Shown: piece after piece, positions 38,284 to 51,541 of the stretch | Position numbering within the stretch: the stretch's first letter is position 1 | Layout: the number at the start of each line of letters is the position of its first letter | Assembly (NCBI GenBank): GCA_020536535.1 | Contig: JAHLWZ010000633.1 | Coordinates: 1 to 64,000 of the forward strand | DNA from: Pelomyxa schiedti | Taxonomy: Eukaryota; Protista; Evosea | DNA length: 64,000 bases | Direction: 5' to 3' | Notes under the pieces: generated by a model | What the model saw: the letters and a program-made list of their open reading frames with translations, nothing else | Database searches by the model: none | Told to the model about the DNA's origin: nothing | Translations under genes and position numbers: made by a program

Positions 38284-39787
38284 ATGTACACATCGTCACC
38301 GGAGGCAGAACATGTTGCGACGTTCAAGAAGTTGGGTGGACAACTGGGAAAAAAGTAACTCTCTATGAGTCAATGGGGGCCTCCTCTCCCTCCCTCCGTG
38401 TGTGTTGACGTCCATTGCAAACACACACACACAAACAAACAAAACAAAAAAAGGGGGTTGCTGCACAGACCAAACTACGGGCAGCTGATCAGTGGATGGA
38501 CATCATTGAGTGGAGCCTTCAGGCGTGAAGGCAATCATCAAATGGCGGCGCTGAGTCACTTGAGTGTGGCAAAATGTGAGCACGCACTGAAGGACAACAC
38601 ACTTGAAGCCTCTGCCTACGTCGAAGCTGGTTGTTTTGGTGGTGGCAGAATATATTCCCGTCACTCACAGTGCCTCTCTCTTTTGCTTTGCTTTTTCAGG
38701 ACACTGTTTCTGGTCTCTAGCCTTCGAAATGCACGAAGCAGGAACTCTATCTTTCAATGAAAATGTCACTGAAGCTATAAATTGCTACATGTTGGCAATC
38801 GAAGTGCGTTTTTTCCCCGCTTCTCTTTGTGTGTTCGTTTGTAAGAGGAAACCCTTCACACACGATAAAGATTTACGCCTCTTCAAGCCCTGCACAAAAA
38901 AGCCTGGCTGCATCTCTTTACTTCGAAATTGGCTTCAATCTGAAGGTTTTCTTTTGCGAGTTGCGACACACGCTTCACCACTCAATATTTGCAGAAACTT
39001 GGGCGATACAGTGAAGCGAGCAGATATTTCCAATGTGCCGCAGACCTACAACAATTTCAAGATGAAATTCTTCCCGCTGTGAATTCACTTCAGTCCATGC
39101 TTGGGTGCTGCATTCTATCAAGTAATAAAAAAACAAAACTAAGGAAAAGAGGAGCAGTACACTCACAATGAGACTCTTCTTCATACAGGAGATTATAAAA
39201 CCGCTTGCTTTGTATTGACATGGATCATCAAGCTCGCATCTGAGGGCCCTGACTTGAATGGTACTTTAACTTCATCTTCAATGTTGAACTCATTTTCACG
39301 AGATATTGACAACTTCGATTCTGGCCGACAGTGCTCAACAACTAGCACTCCGTCATCAGTTTTGGTTTATCCGGCACTCCTGGTGGAAGCCAGAATATCT
39401 CTTGTATTATTATTAATCCTTCAGGTAGTGAAAGAATAATGCCCAAGTTGCGAACTTGATTGACCACTACTCAGCGTGATCTAGGGCAAGCACGCGATTA
39501 TATAAGCAAACTTCCAGAAGATGCAGTTCACACACACAAAGGCACCGCACAGGCAGCTCCCCTTCCACAAACAGCACACCTGGCCATAACGCTGTTACAA
39601 GACCTCGTGGTATGTACTATTCACTTTCTATCAACCAACTCATTTTCTTCCACTACACTCACAGAGTGCGTGTGAGCACAAGGACTCTGTGGCCCTACAA
39701 CAGATACAATGGGAATTATGGGGCATGCTCACACCCCCCCAAAATGAGTTCCTGCACCGTATAGAATCCGAGCTATTTGTCGAGTAA
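38284..39787 (+). CDS. F8A1: Huntingtin-associated protein 40 (HAP40) homolog
   Basis: KKGLLHRPNY, AALSHLSVAKCEHAL, AASLYFEIG, ASRYFQCAADLQ, DYKTAC and C-terminal ELWGMLTPPQNEFLH align with remembered HAP40 blocks. Confidence 0.8.
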
Positions 39788-40006
39788 ACAACCGAGAGTT
39801 CCCTCGAGCAATGCCGAGAAAACTGATCATCACACTTTCCTTTCAAAAGATTTTTCGGCTTTTTGGTGCCGTGATCTTCACTTCTTTTTTTTTTTGTTTT
39901 TAGTTGTCGGTGACGGTCTGCCGGCGTTGTTTGCCAATTGCCAACAAACAAAACCAAGTTTTGACACGCGAGACAAGTGCAATCTCATACGCAAGCAACC
40001 GAAACC

Positions 40007-42089
40007 ATGGACGAGCTCGAGAAAATCAAGATGTCGATTTACCACATCAATCGTACGAAGATGCATCCGACTTTTCCAACTGACTTTAATGTCTCTGTCT
40101 TTGGTTTTTTTTTTTGCTCTTCTTTTCACAGAGAGTGTTTCCGAGCTACTGACATACAAGAGGTCGTTGCTCGAAAGGGAAAAAGTTCTTCTCCAGCAAC
40201 AACAACAAGCTGCATCTGCATCTTCCTCAGCCTCAATCTCGTCATCGTCGGTATCAGCCTCTGGAGCTTCGGCAGCAACGTCGCCGTCGGCGCCAAATGC
40301 AAGCAGTACAACGGCGGCCGCTCCTGCAATTGTGGGATCGTCAGTAAGCAACGCCCTTCAGGAGCAGCAATTGCAGCAGCAGATAACGCAAGTCCAGGCA
40401 CTGGAGCAACAGCTGATTATGGGTCAGAATCCCCAACAACAGCAAACTCCAACACCCACACCCACGCCGACACCTGCACCAATTGGTGGGAATTCAGTCC
40501 AATTGCAACAACAGCCGCCGCCGACTCCACAGATATCAGATCAATCGCCCATAACACAGATGCAACAGCTGCAATCGCAGCAATTGGCTGCATCGCAGTA
40601 TGCACAGGTCCAGGTTCAATTGCAGTCTCAGTCTCAAATTCAGCAACAGCAGCAATCTCAAATTGTTTTGCAGCTTCCAGCTAATTTGCAGCAGCTTCAA
40701 ATGCGCCAACTGCAAGCGAAATTGATGTCTCAATTGCAACAACCTAATTCTAACCAGGCAGTTAATGCCTCTGTAGCACTCTCGCAAACACTTCTTTTGC
40801 AACAATTGCAGCAACAACTTGCACAATTGCAGCAGACCCCACAGACGAGGCCACAACCACAAGTACAAAAAGAACAAATAGCAGAAGTTCCATCATCCAC
40901 TACAACAGGTACCAGTGCCTCATCAGCAGAAACAACAAGCAGTGTTAGTACCATTGAGACCACAGAGAATAATTCAGAACACCGAGAGCATGGTAGAAAG
41001 AGGCGGAGGAGAAAACCTCGTGGAAAATCCTCAGAAGAAAAGCCAGAATCAGAGCAGTCTGAAGAAAAACCGACAGAGACAACTCAAGAACAGAAACCAA
41101 CTACCACTGGAAAAAAGAAATCCGACGGAAAAGAACAGTCACCACCTCAGGCGGTTCCCAAACAGAAACAGAATTCTACAGTAAAGCAAGCTTCCAGTGC
41201 CACAACTCGCAAATCAAAATCTAAACCCACTAGTACTGAAAAAGATCCCCCTCCCACAACAGAATCACAAGTTACACCTCCTCCAACAACACCGCAGGTA
41301 AATACTTTTGTACACCAAGCTCCATCACAGGTGGCATTTCCACAACTAATTCCAATTCCGCAATCAGGGGCACCAAATCACACCTCTCCCCCAATAACCA
41401 AGACACAGCATATGGAACAACTACAGAAAGCGGCAGCGCAATCAAGTAGACAACCACATGGATTCCCAAAGGTGATAGCTTCCTGAATAATCCTTCTTAA
41501 CCCTTTGGCAGACACTCCACTTGGGTAACTTGCCATACACTGTTACAGGAACTGATCTTGCCAATCTCTTCTCTTCATATGGAGCGGTTACCGATGCATG
41601 TGTCGCACAACACCAAGACGGCACTCAAAAATCTAAAGGTAACTAAGTACTTTGCCCAGTCAGTCTTTTTCTCATTGGACTAGGATTTGGCTTCGTGACT
41701 TTTGCCGACTCCCAAGTAGCTTCATTTGTGCTCTCACAACCCATTGTAATCCACGATAGACGCATTTTTGTCAGTGTTGCCAAGGTAAATCCACGAGAAA
41801 CTCTCAACTTCCTTCTCTTATTTCCTAACAGAGGCCATCTCGCCAATTTTCAGAGAAGCCGGAATCAGTAACATCACCACTAATAACCTCACCACGAGAA
41901 CTATTTGCATCATATAAACAACCTCCATCAACTGCTGCACTTCTTGCACAACAGCAGCAACCCACTTGCAACAACTGCAATCAACTCGGACACCACTGGA
42001 ACACATGCCCACTGTCAGAAGTATTACACCGAGGCTGGTACATCCCAGGTACACCCACCAAAACACCAAACCCAACCACCGCTCATTAA
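40007..42089 (+). CDS. Q-rich RNA-binding protein with RRM and CCHC zinc knuckle
   Basis: RNP2 LHLGNL, RNP1 KG|FGFVTF, CNNCNQLGHHWNTC. Confidence 0.85.
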
Positions 42090-42492
42090 AGCCCAAAAAT
42101 CAAAACACACAACCAAAGCGAAACATACTATGATAATAACCCAAACAAAGGACGGCAAGGAGGGTGGGTACCTCCCAAGGCTGAAGCGCCAGGGCAGTGG
42201 CACTGTTGTGGCTGTCAAAGCAGAGAGAACACTGTTTGCCACCAAAATCAACCAGACAAGGGCAAGAAATGCTGTGCAAAATCCTCCTAGGTGGTGGGTG
42301 GGGTGAAAGTGCACACAATACAATTACAAAACAACAAATAGTGCACACTCCACCCCATGAAAGCAAATAAACAATAAAACAAAACTTTAGAATTGTCAAG
42401 CTAAGAGATGCTTTTCGTTCCCGGTTTGCCTTGTTCCAGCACCAGAAAACCCCAAGTTGGTCCCTCTGAAGGGGAAAAAAAAAGGTCCCACA

Positions 42493-44261
42493 ATGATGAT
42501 GGACGACGTGTCGGACGAGTGGGGGGTAGTTGCACAACAGGAAATGATGAGGGCCACACACGGAACCCGCGCCGCTGTCGTGATGTCCCTCGACGAGCTC
42601 AACGCCGCACTGTACCGTATGTTGTACGTCCCTAGCAACCAAACAGGGGGAGGCCACACCGTGGGGTTTTTCCCAAACTTATGGGTGGTGCCTGGCTTAC
42701 CTTACTGTGTCTTGGTTATTGTTTTTTGTCTGTGTGTGCAGAATTGGGGATGCTCGCGTTCGCAGAAGGCGCGGCGGCAGCGGCTGAGTTCAGGATGTGG
42801 AGGCAGTGTCCTGCTAAAATCAACGCGAAGAAAAAGAAGCTCAAGGGACAGGTTGATAAGGACGAGAGGATTGCTCGTGAAATGGCTATAAAAGGCGGGT
42901 TTTGTCAGCAGTGGCCCCCTCCTGAGCAAGTGAAGGCAGAACTTCTGAGAGTTGATGATGAGGAGAAGGAATCGCGAGGGGGAAGCTATCGCAGTTCAAC
43001 TTCTTATTCTTCTTCTGCTTCTTCTGTTGGCTATGGGCTCTGTGCTTCTCGGCCTATTGGCATTGTGCCAAGTACATATGCATCTTTAAATGTGCTGAAT
43101 CCCCGGCCGTTGAATTCTTCTGTGACTAGGAGACGGCCACCAAAGATTGATTCCCGCGGGAGGAAGGCCGGCAAACACACAAAGGTGAAGTTCGGCTCAA
43201 ACCAACAACAACAACAGCAACAGCAACGCCCTGCACCCAATGCTGAGGATGATGATGAGACAGCAAGTTGGGATGATGAGGAATACGACGAAGAGGAGGA
43301 GATTCCTCTACAGAAACCTTCGGCTCCGAAGTTAGTTTCTCATATCGCTGAACAACAGTTTCCTCCATCTCCGCAACGAAGCTCTAACGTATCCTCCAAA
43401 CCAAGTCCTTCAGCGAATCCTCCTTCAGTGCGGAAACCAAAACCAAAGCCAACCAGCGTTATTCCTCCCGCACTTCCAACATCATGTAGTATTCCATCAC
43501 ACGAAACAAATGTATCCTTCACATCACAACCACCCACACCTCAACCAACTGCCAGTACAAACACAACCCCCTCTGAGGAAGAACTCTACACGCAGTTTCA
43601 AGAAGCTGTATATTCCCTGTTTTCCCCTAATGACTCTGCATTCCGATGGGACATATTGCTATCCAGTGTACATGAGGGAGTTTCCCCGGAGGACAGCTTT
43701 TTAGCCGCAATGGACAAAACAATAGAAGACCTGGCATCATCACCCATTCCCCCCACTGAGGTCCCGGCGGAACAAACAACACAAGCAAGCACTCCCACCA
43801 ATTACACAACGCCAAGCAATAGCGAGAGTCCCAAGATAAATTCCGCAATGCAGTATACAACACCACAATCAGAATCATCACTGTCACTATCACCAACACA
43901 ATCATCTACCTCCATTTCATCCTTTTGGGAGGAAGAAAACACTGACGATGACCTGGCTCTTGCTCTCAAGCTTCAAGCCGAGGAAGAGGACAATAAAACC
44001 ACAAGCCCGGTACTAAGTACACCCAAGGAATCCACGTCATCACAAATGGATGCTGATCTTGCATTTGCACTGTCACTACAGGAGGAAGAGGAAGAGAAGA
44101 ACAAGCGGCTTCAACAAGTACTTCAAAAACAACAACAGCCACTTCCATGTAAAATTCCTACCAGCACATTCCCTTCCTCTCCAACAAACACACCAAAAAC
44201 CACCACCAAGAAAAAACCAAAGGGTAGAAAACCCACAAACCGGAATAAGAATCTAAGTTGA
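42493..44261 (+). CDS. Low-complexity protein with two UIM/MIU-like ubiquitin-binding motifs
   Basis: DDDLALALKLQAEEE and DADLAFALSLQEEEEE in ORF 42681-44261; first exon from MMMDDVSDEW. Confidence 0.65.
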
Positions 44262-44291
44262 ATTTCAGGCTTTCCTCTTATTTTTATCACA

Positions 44292-47200
44292 TCAAGAAGT
44301 ACCAGAGAAGATGTGGCCATTTACGCAACAGAGTGTGTTTTCCACAAGACTTTTGTGGCAGAAAGGGTCACCTGCCTCCTTCACAATTGGAATTGTGAGG
44401 CATGTAGCACGGTGGACAGATACAGATGTATCTGAGTGACAGTAGTAGCAAAGTGCTGAGGCCTGAGGCTGGTTGGCTGCTGTGATTAGTCCCTGGGCTA
44501 TTTTGTTGCCTTCAGGTGTCAGTGTGCACCAAACTTTGATTCCGGGTTCCCCGTAATTGCTGCAGCGGCTGATGGAATTTTGGGTTGTGCACTCACAGCA
44601 CCACACGATGGTGTGTTTGCTCAGCTCCGGAAGCAAATTGAACCGGTAGAATGTGCCCCTTTTTAGATCAAAATTGGGCCGGTACTGTGTTATGTTCGTG
44701 TAAATTTTGTTTTGTGAGCCTGGAGAAAAACGGAGAGGGTGGGGCTCACTTTTTGAAAATCCATCAGGTTTAGTATGGCCCAACAGCGACTGTAGGCTAT
44801 CATAATATTGTTGTCCAAATCGAGTCTGTCCTTCTTGCAGTGGAAACACTTTGTAGAATATGGTTTTAGTACCTCCAGTTTGTGATGCGCTCTAAATGAA
44901 GGTGAGGAGCTTGTTGATGTGGTGGCCACACATGTAAAGGGAGATTGGCGACATCAGAGGCAGATCACTTAAGTCTTCATCAGGGCCAGAAAACCATCTG
45001 TAGGGTCTACCAACCCATTTTTTCACATCTGTGTAAAATTAATTAATGCGGTTAAAGTTCCAAAGAGCAACCTGTCACAGGTCTGTATCCACGAGCACTG
45101 CAAATTAATTTTATAAGTGCATGGCAATGAACTGTAATAAAGGTGTCGCGGGACGAGCAGGCCAGAGCCGAAATATCCCAAGGTGACAGCAGACACAAAA
45201 TCCCAACCACAGTGGCAGTGGGAAGGGATACCCCAAGCATGGAATAGCTTTCTTTAAGCTCACTTGGTAATGGAACAATCTTGGAACCAGGTGCATCAGA
45301 AATAGACGAGGAATATTTCCTTTGGAGCTGGATACTGAGCGAAGAAAACTCACCCATGACAAGATACAGGACAGATTCTACTGATCCTGGCTATAGCTAT
45401 AACATAAGCAAAACAAAAAATCTTTCTGGGCTAACCTGCAGAGACATGACTTGCTCATAAAGAGGTTGTGCAACAGTGAAGTCAACAATTTTTCCGTGCT
45501 CCAATACTTGCAATCCAAACATGAGGGTTCGCACTGCGTGAACAAGCTTCTTCTTCCCGAGGTAGATTTGTTTAGTTGCATGAGCACCACCAGCATAACC
45601 CAATTCTAAAAGGAACCTAGTAATATTCATGTTAAAGGAATTTTTAGTCCGGCACAACATCAGTCCACCTGGATTTCTCCTGAAGATAGTTGGCTGAAAA
45701 CAAAAATGACGGGACCACGACAGAGGGATCTACTTGTGGGAGGGATGGTGGTGGCGATCCCTATAAAGGTTCTTAGAAGTGGTATTTGAAAAATACATTG
45801 TACATACTTTCCATATGGAAGTACTTGGTTGGCTGGCAATTTCAACAGCAAATGGTACCCACGCCAAAAGAAGTGCATTAAATGTTTCAGGGGAGAAGAC
45901 AAAAAAATCACATGGAGGTCCTTGGAGCGCTGTAGTCATAAGAAATTTATGATTCTGTCCCTGAATTAAGTTTTGCAGTGGTGGTATCCACCCTCGACTG
46001 AGCAGCCACTGCAAGTTATCCTGCATCTTTGCATATGGTGCATCATACCTTGCTTAATTAAATTAATTTGGAACTTCAATTTAACAGTACCCAATCACAA
46101 CAAAATCGAAATCAGCATCAGGGCTGGGGTTAGGAGAGTATACTCGGGAACCAAATGAATACCTAGCTAAAATAAGTACCAAATTTTTCGTTTGTTTAGT
46201 GCAACACATTGGCCAAATGGGTGGCAGAAAGTCCACACGATGTTGCAAACGTACTCAGTTTCCCATCTTTGGTTTGAAGCCACTCTGCATGCTTTCTGCT
46301 CTCCTCTTCCTGTAGTTGTTAGATATTAGACATCGACCAACTGCAAGAACCTCGCGTTGTCTTTTTGCTTCCCAGAGTGCATTTGTTGTTGGGAAATATA
46401 AAATTGCACATAGTGCGCCAACAACAAATAGTTGATGCACACTTGAAGGATCTTTTGCCGAACATTCGAAGTACCTTAAGAAGTATTAAAGAATCATTGT
46501 TTTAGGTGAGTGTACCCTAATGCTCCGTGCTTTTTGGCCCATAGTGTCAGCTGCTCAGCGGAAACGGTGCCCTCTGTTTTCTAAGGATTGAATGAATAAG
46601 TTGAAAAGCTCGTTTGTGGATACCAGATCTGATTTGGTGCCGACAAGGATATAAGGAATCTTAGGGTAAATTTCGTGGTCAGCATGAAACGAGGAAGAAC
46701 AGGCACTGCAGTTTTGTTAGCACAAAAGAAGGTATTGCCTTTGCCAACCCAGAAACTTCCCGCTCTGTCACCTCCTTATCTAAACGAATACATCGAAAGG
46801 AGAAGTGCGCCCATCTGTAGTACGAAGGAAGAACACGAGAGTACTGGCATGCATATGAGGTGTCAGTGAGTATGAGTGAATATGCTAGAGTGGCCGGAAT
46901 CGAGGGTGACTTCAGATATTTGTAACTTCCGAATCCAGAAAGCAAAGGCAACTTCACAAGGGAAACTCTCACTTCGTCCACAGCTGCCAAAGATGAGGTT
47001 TTTTCTCAATCCAAAAAATGGGACTCACTGCCTCCAGAGGACAACTTCCCCCGTGTTAGTGCAGTTATCAATGAAGTCCTTCCTGAGTGGTCCTATTCTC
47101 ATAAAAATTAGTTGTACAACAGGGGAAAAAGTGATGCTTTTACCTCCCCATCCAAAATGATCTTGATAGGCCGACAGTGGCCTGACACATCCGCCTTGGA

Positions 47201-47305
47201 CGACGACACCTTGGCCTCGATGTAGTTCAGCCACTCATCTGCCGTCCTTGGGTCCACTTGCCCCTCTTCGCTCGTCGTACACTCCCGCGTCTCTGTAGAT
47301 CCCAT
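44292..47305 (-). CDS. Multidomain protein: degenerate Rho/Ras-like GTPase + Pol-beta-type nucleotidyltransferase + F-box-like motif + Cys-rich C-terminal segment
   Basis: IKIILDGEDHSGRTSLI, IPYILVGTKSDL, YFECSAK; LANVYSFGSRVYSPNPSPDADFDFVVI, CDFFVFSPETF, GKKKLVHAVRTLMFGLQVLEHGKIVDF; LPTATVVGILCLLSPWDISALACSSR; junction to the last Cys-rich exon (44292-44870) not resolved. Confidence 0.7.
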
Positions 47306-47400
47306 CCCCAGCACCGATTCGATTCTTGGTTGGAAAACCCGCTCGTTTTCGCCGAACCTCTTCGGATCTCGAGCCAGAACGAGAGATTTTCTTACCAACG

Positions 47401-50400
47401 ATGTCCTCGTCGAGGTCAACCACGACAGCGACGGCGGCTCCGACAACTACAACGAGCGCGAGGACGAGCGCTAGTGCCGCAAGGGTCCGGTGCGGCCTAG
47501 GGGTGGGGGCGCGTCTGTTGGACAAAATCCAGCGCACTGTCGTACGCGGGGATCCCTGGCGCATGACGGGCATGCTGGAGGGCGGCGACACCCCCGCCTT
47601 CTCGGTGAGCACGTTCATGGACCCCGAGACGTGCGACGACGGCTGCTCGACTCTGGCCGCCGCCCTGAGCTTCGCACTGGCCCACCGCTCAATGCCCTGC
47701 CTCGAGGCGCTCGTCGCACGCCGTCTTACAGACGCACCCCCCGCTTGTTCCTTGGCGGATCAACTTCCAAACCCTCAGACGAGAACAACTACGTCAAGCT
47801 CGACTGCAATTGCAATTGAAAATGGAAATGGAAATGAAATTATACATGCTGCTATTAATACTGGTACTACCCCTAGTTCCACTTCCAGTGCCAAGGGAGT
47901 GGAAACTGATGTTTCCAGTTCCAACTCTGCCACCACTTCCACTTCCAGTTCTAGTGCAAGTGAAAACGAAACTACCACTCCACCATTACAAAGGACAAGA
48001 AGGCCTGCTCGTTTACCTCTTGACTTGCACAACGCATCTCTCCCATCAGTATCTGGGAGGCGTCCACTTGTGGTTGCTGTTCTATGGTGCCGCCGTGCAG
48101 TCGAGCTACTTTTGCAGGCTGGCGCTGACCCAAATGACGGCACAGCCCTTGCCTGGGCTGTGGATATGAATCCGTGTTGTGTGCTGCCTCTTCTGCATGC
48201 TGGGGCTAGTCCAGTGGCAGCGTGTGCTGTTCCACCACCAAAGTTCCCATCCTCGGGTACTCCAAGAGATAAGGCATCTGCATTATATAGAGTATTATTG
48301 CGAGGAAGCTCAAAATCGTTCGAGCCTCCCTCTGCAGGTGCTGAACTTCCACCAAATTCCGAATTTGCAAGTATCGATACAGCGCCTCAGCCATCCATAA
48401 ACGATGTGATCAAGTGGCTGCTTTATAAAACATCACCAAGAGATCTGGAGCAATTCATGTTAGAGACCCTCTCTGATTGGAGTTTTGGGGGCTCTGGTCG
48501 AACTTCTTTGGAATTGGGAGCTATATGCTATGACAGAGGAATATTGACTGCTGATCAATTTTCCCGCTTTATACATGCCGCTCCAGACCGAAGGTATATT
48601 TCCTCTCTTCTTGGGAGTGTGAAATAAACAAAACCAAAACAAAAAAAAGGGAAGCAGCAAAATACAGCTTGCCATCCTCGAAAAAAGGCGACAATGATCA
48701 AGATGCACTTCCTCCCCCTCTTCCCCCCATTGTGATTGCTTTTTCCTCGGGCAAAAGACCCCACCCAAGTCTACCTCCTAAAATTCACATTTCCGAGAAA
48801 ATTTCCATCCACCAGAAGGTTAATAGAAACGGTGACATCGCTGGAATCATCGATGACATCAAACATTCACCACCAATTCCCCGCCTGTGCCTCTCACGGA
48901 AAAATAGCTGTCTTCAAATAATCGTGTTTGAAGCAGCAATGATTTACCGTCAAATGCCTCTACTTCAGCGACTCCTCGATCACCCTATCCCCTTAGTTTC
49001 ACCATCTCAAATCAAATCTCTAAATGAGTTGCAATCAACTCTTCCTGCTTTAAGTTCTACCACCACTACAACCTCAAGTACAACGACAACCCAAACAACA
49101 CTTACTGGCTCAGATGAAACCAGTAAAACAATTCCCGAACCACCTGCAGAAACAGATATCGTCACACTGCCCCTTGACTTGCGGGGGATAACCCTCCCTA
49201 GAATAAATAAGATACCTGCCCTCATTTCCGCATTACAATGGGGACCAGAGGCTGTAAAGCTTCTTCTACATGCGGGACATACCTCCAACTCCGGAGCACC
49301 ATTAGCTTGGGCAGTGGACCTTTGCTCTCAAACAACTGAGCTTCTACTTCAATATCGCTTTTCAACTATAGAGCCAGGTTGTTCCCTCCCTTCATCCACT
49401 ATCCCTATGGCGCGACAACATGCCCCTGCTTTGATCCGAGTACTTTCTGATGCCACCACGAAGCAATCTTCTGTTCCCATGCTGAATTTACTCCTAGAAA
49501 ACACACGCGAGGAGGAATTGGAACTACTGTGTGAGCAAGATTTTAAACAACCCTGGGGTTGCATGGGTGATGACAAAGGGAATATTTGTAATTGGAAGTG
49601 TAAACCTTCATGTCTAGATTATGCTGTTCTCTGTTTTTCAAACCGAGCCCTTAATTCGACCCAGTTCTCTCGTTTCATACGAGCTGCCCCACAATGTGAT
49701 ATAGATCCCTCAAAACTCCCCCCGGCTCCGACTGCTGTTACGTCAAGCATTATGTACCGCAGAATTCCTCCCAGTGTTCTATATATGACATGCCAACGGG
49801 GTAACATTGAGGGAGTAATTGCTCTGCTCAGACGGGGAGCAAATTCGCAGGCTATTGTTCCGCCGTATGGCGAGACTCCTCTGCACGCAGCAGCTGCTGG
49901 AAATTACCCTGCAATTTGCAAACTTCTTGTAGATTCTGGAGCCAAGAGTAACGTTTTGTCTCAAGCTTCCCCCGACTTGGGTCCAATGACTCCTATTGAC
50001 TACGCTAGGTTAAATAGTAACTTTCAGCTCGTCCGCTTTCTTTCAGATCCTCTTAGAAGGTATACCCACTATTTTGTGAAGCCTCTCCATCTTACTTCAC
50101 TTAGTTCTCTCCAAGGCCTACTTGTAAATCTGAACCTAGACTCTCAAATTACCTCATTCAGCGAGATTGCCGAACCAAATCCTCCTCCGCCAAAACAAGG
50201 GACTTGTGGCATCTGTCTCGAAGAAAGTAGTCTTCTGTCGTTGAGCCGTTGTGGCCATGCGTAAGTCAACCAAATTTGTTTTTTCCTCATGTTTCACAGA
50301 TTCTGTCGAGACTGCTTGGACCAATGGTTCAAGAATAGTGAAACGGCACATCTCCGATGCCCAAAGCGTGGTTGCATTGGAATTGCCTCTTACTATGATG

Positions 50401-51355
50401 TTTTGTAAATTTCTTCTTTACTTCTGAAATGTTATCAATCCCCAGTACAGAGCTGCATTAAAGAACACAGAATCATTTGAACAAAGCATGCTTCGGAGGG
50501 GATTGAGTACCGTTGAGGGTTTTATTCACTGCCCAAAGTGTAACTATGGAGGTTTTGCTGTTTGTGATGACGCCATATGTAATGAGTGTGGACTTCATTT
50601 TTGTGTTAAATGTTTATTGGAGCATCACCCTGGTGCCTCGTATGCCTCTTTTTCCCAAAACCTCAGACCCTGCTTAAAAGCCTTAGGTGTAATGACATGA
50701 CTAAAATTCTACTTGTTGATCAATTGGAAAGGCGGAAAGAAAAGAGATTAACAGAGGAAGGCACTCTCTTAAATAAGGTTAGTTCTTTTTCTCCCACTCT
50801 TTTCTAGAATCCTTATTCCAGAATCGGTAATAAATTCCACCCGTGGTCGACACAATAAAGTGGATGAACACAAATGCCCGGCCATGCCCTCAATGCAAAG
50901 CCATGATCCAGAAAGACGGCGGCTGCAGTCACATGACCTGCTCCCACTGCAAGCACCAATTCTGCTGGCTATGTATGCTGCCGTACATCAGCCGGCTCAC
51001 CGGCGACCAAGTTGATCCCTGCGAGAGGATTCCCGCGAAGCTTCAGTTCTCCCTGCACTACTTCACCCCAGAGCCCCAGGTGTACCTAGCCATCAGCGGC
51101 TCCATCGCCAAGCTGGGGTTATGGGACCCCTCGAAAGCTGTCCCGATGACCCGGCAGGCCTCGGGATGGTGGACAGTCACACTGGACCTCATGGTGGGAT
51201 CCACATTCTACTGGAAGTTTGTGGTGTGCAATTCAGCCGATCGCAAAGCCTTGAGGTGGGAGGGTACCCCAAACCGGCACTGGAGGGTGATATTCCAGGA
51301 TGCCATTTACACGGCCCAGTGGGAATCAACAAAGTACGTGCAACACCGACCATGA
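47401..51355 (+). CDS. Ankyrin-repeat RBR (RING1-IBR-RING2) E3 ubiquitin ligase with C-terminal CBM20 carbohydrate-binding module
   Basis: [12 protein letters not shown] ankyrin; CGICLE...RCGHA|FCRDCL...CP..GC (RING1); CPKC...[17 protein letters not shown] (IBR); [30 protein letters not shown] (RING2); [19 protein letters not shown]...WWT...WKFVV...RWEGTPNR (CBM20) in the same exon as RING2. Confidence 0.9.
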
Positions 51356-51541
51356 TGACCCACACTAGATATCACCTCACATCAAACACCCACACCACCT
51401 TGTTTCCGTGCACCCATATCCATCACCTTGATCATTCCCAACGTTGTTGATGACAAAACGCGTGCTGTATTTACACTGAAACTCCAAAACAACTTCGTCT
51501 AACTGAAGGTGTGGTTGAGTGCATCGGCTACCCCCCGCGTA

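Noticed and set aside
43044-43061. GCTTCTCGGCCTATTGGC resembling the U2 snRNA 5' end
   Set aside because: Lies inside a long ORF and lacks the following branch-point recognition sequence (GTGTAGTA) and Sm site
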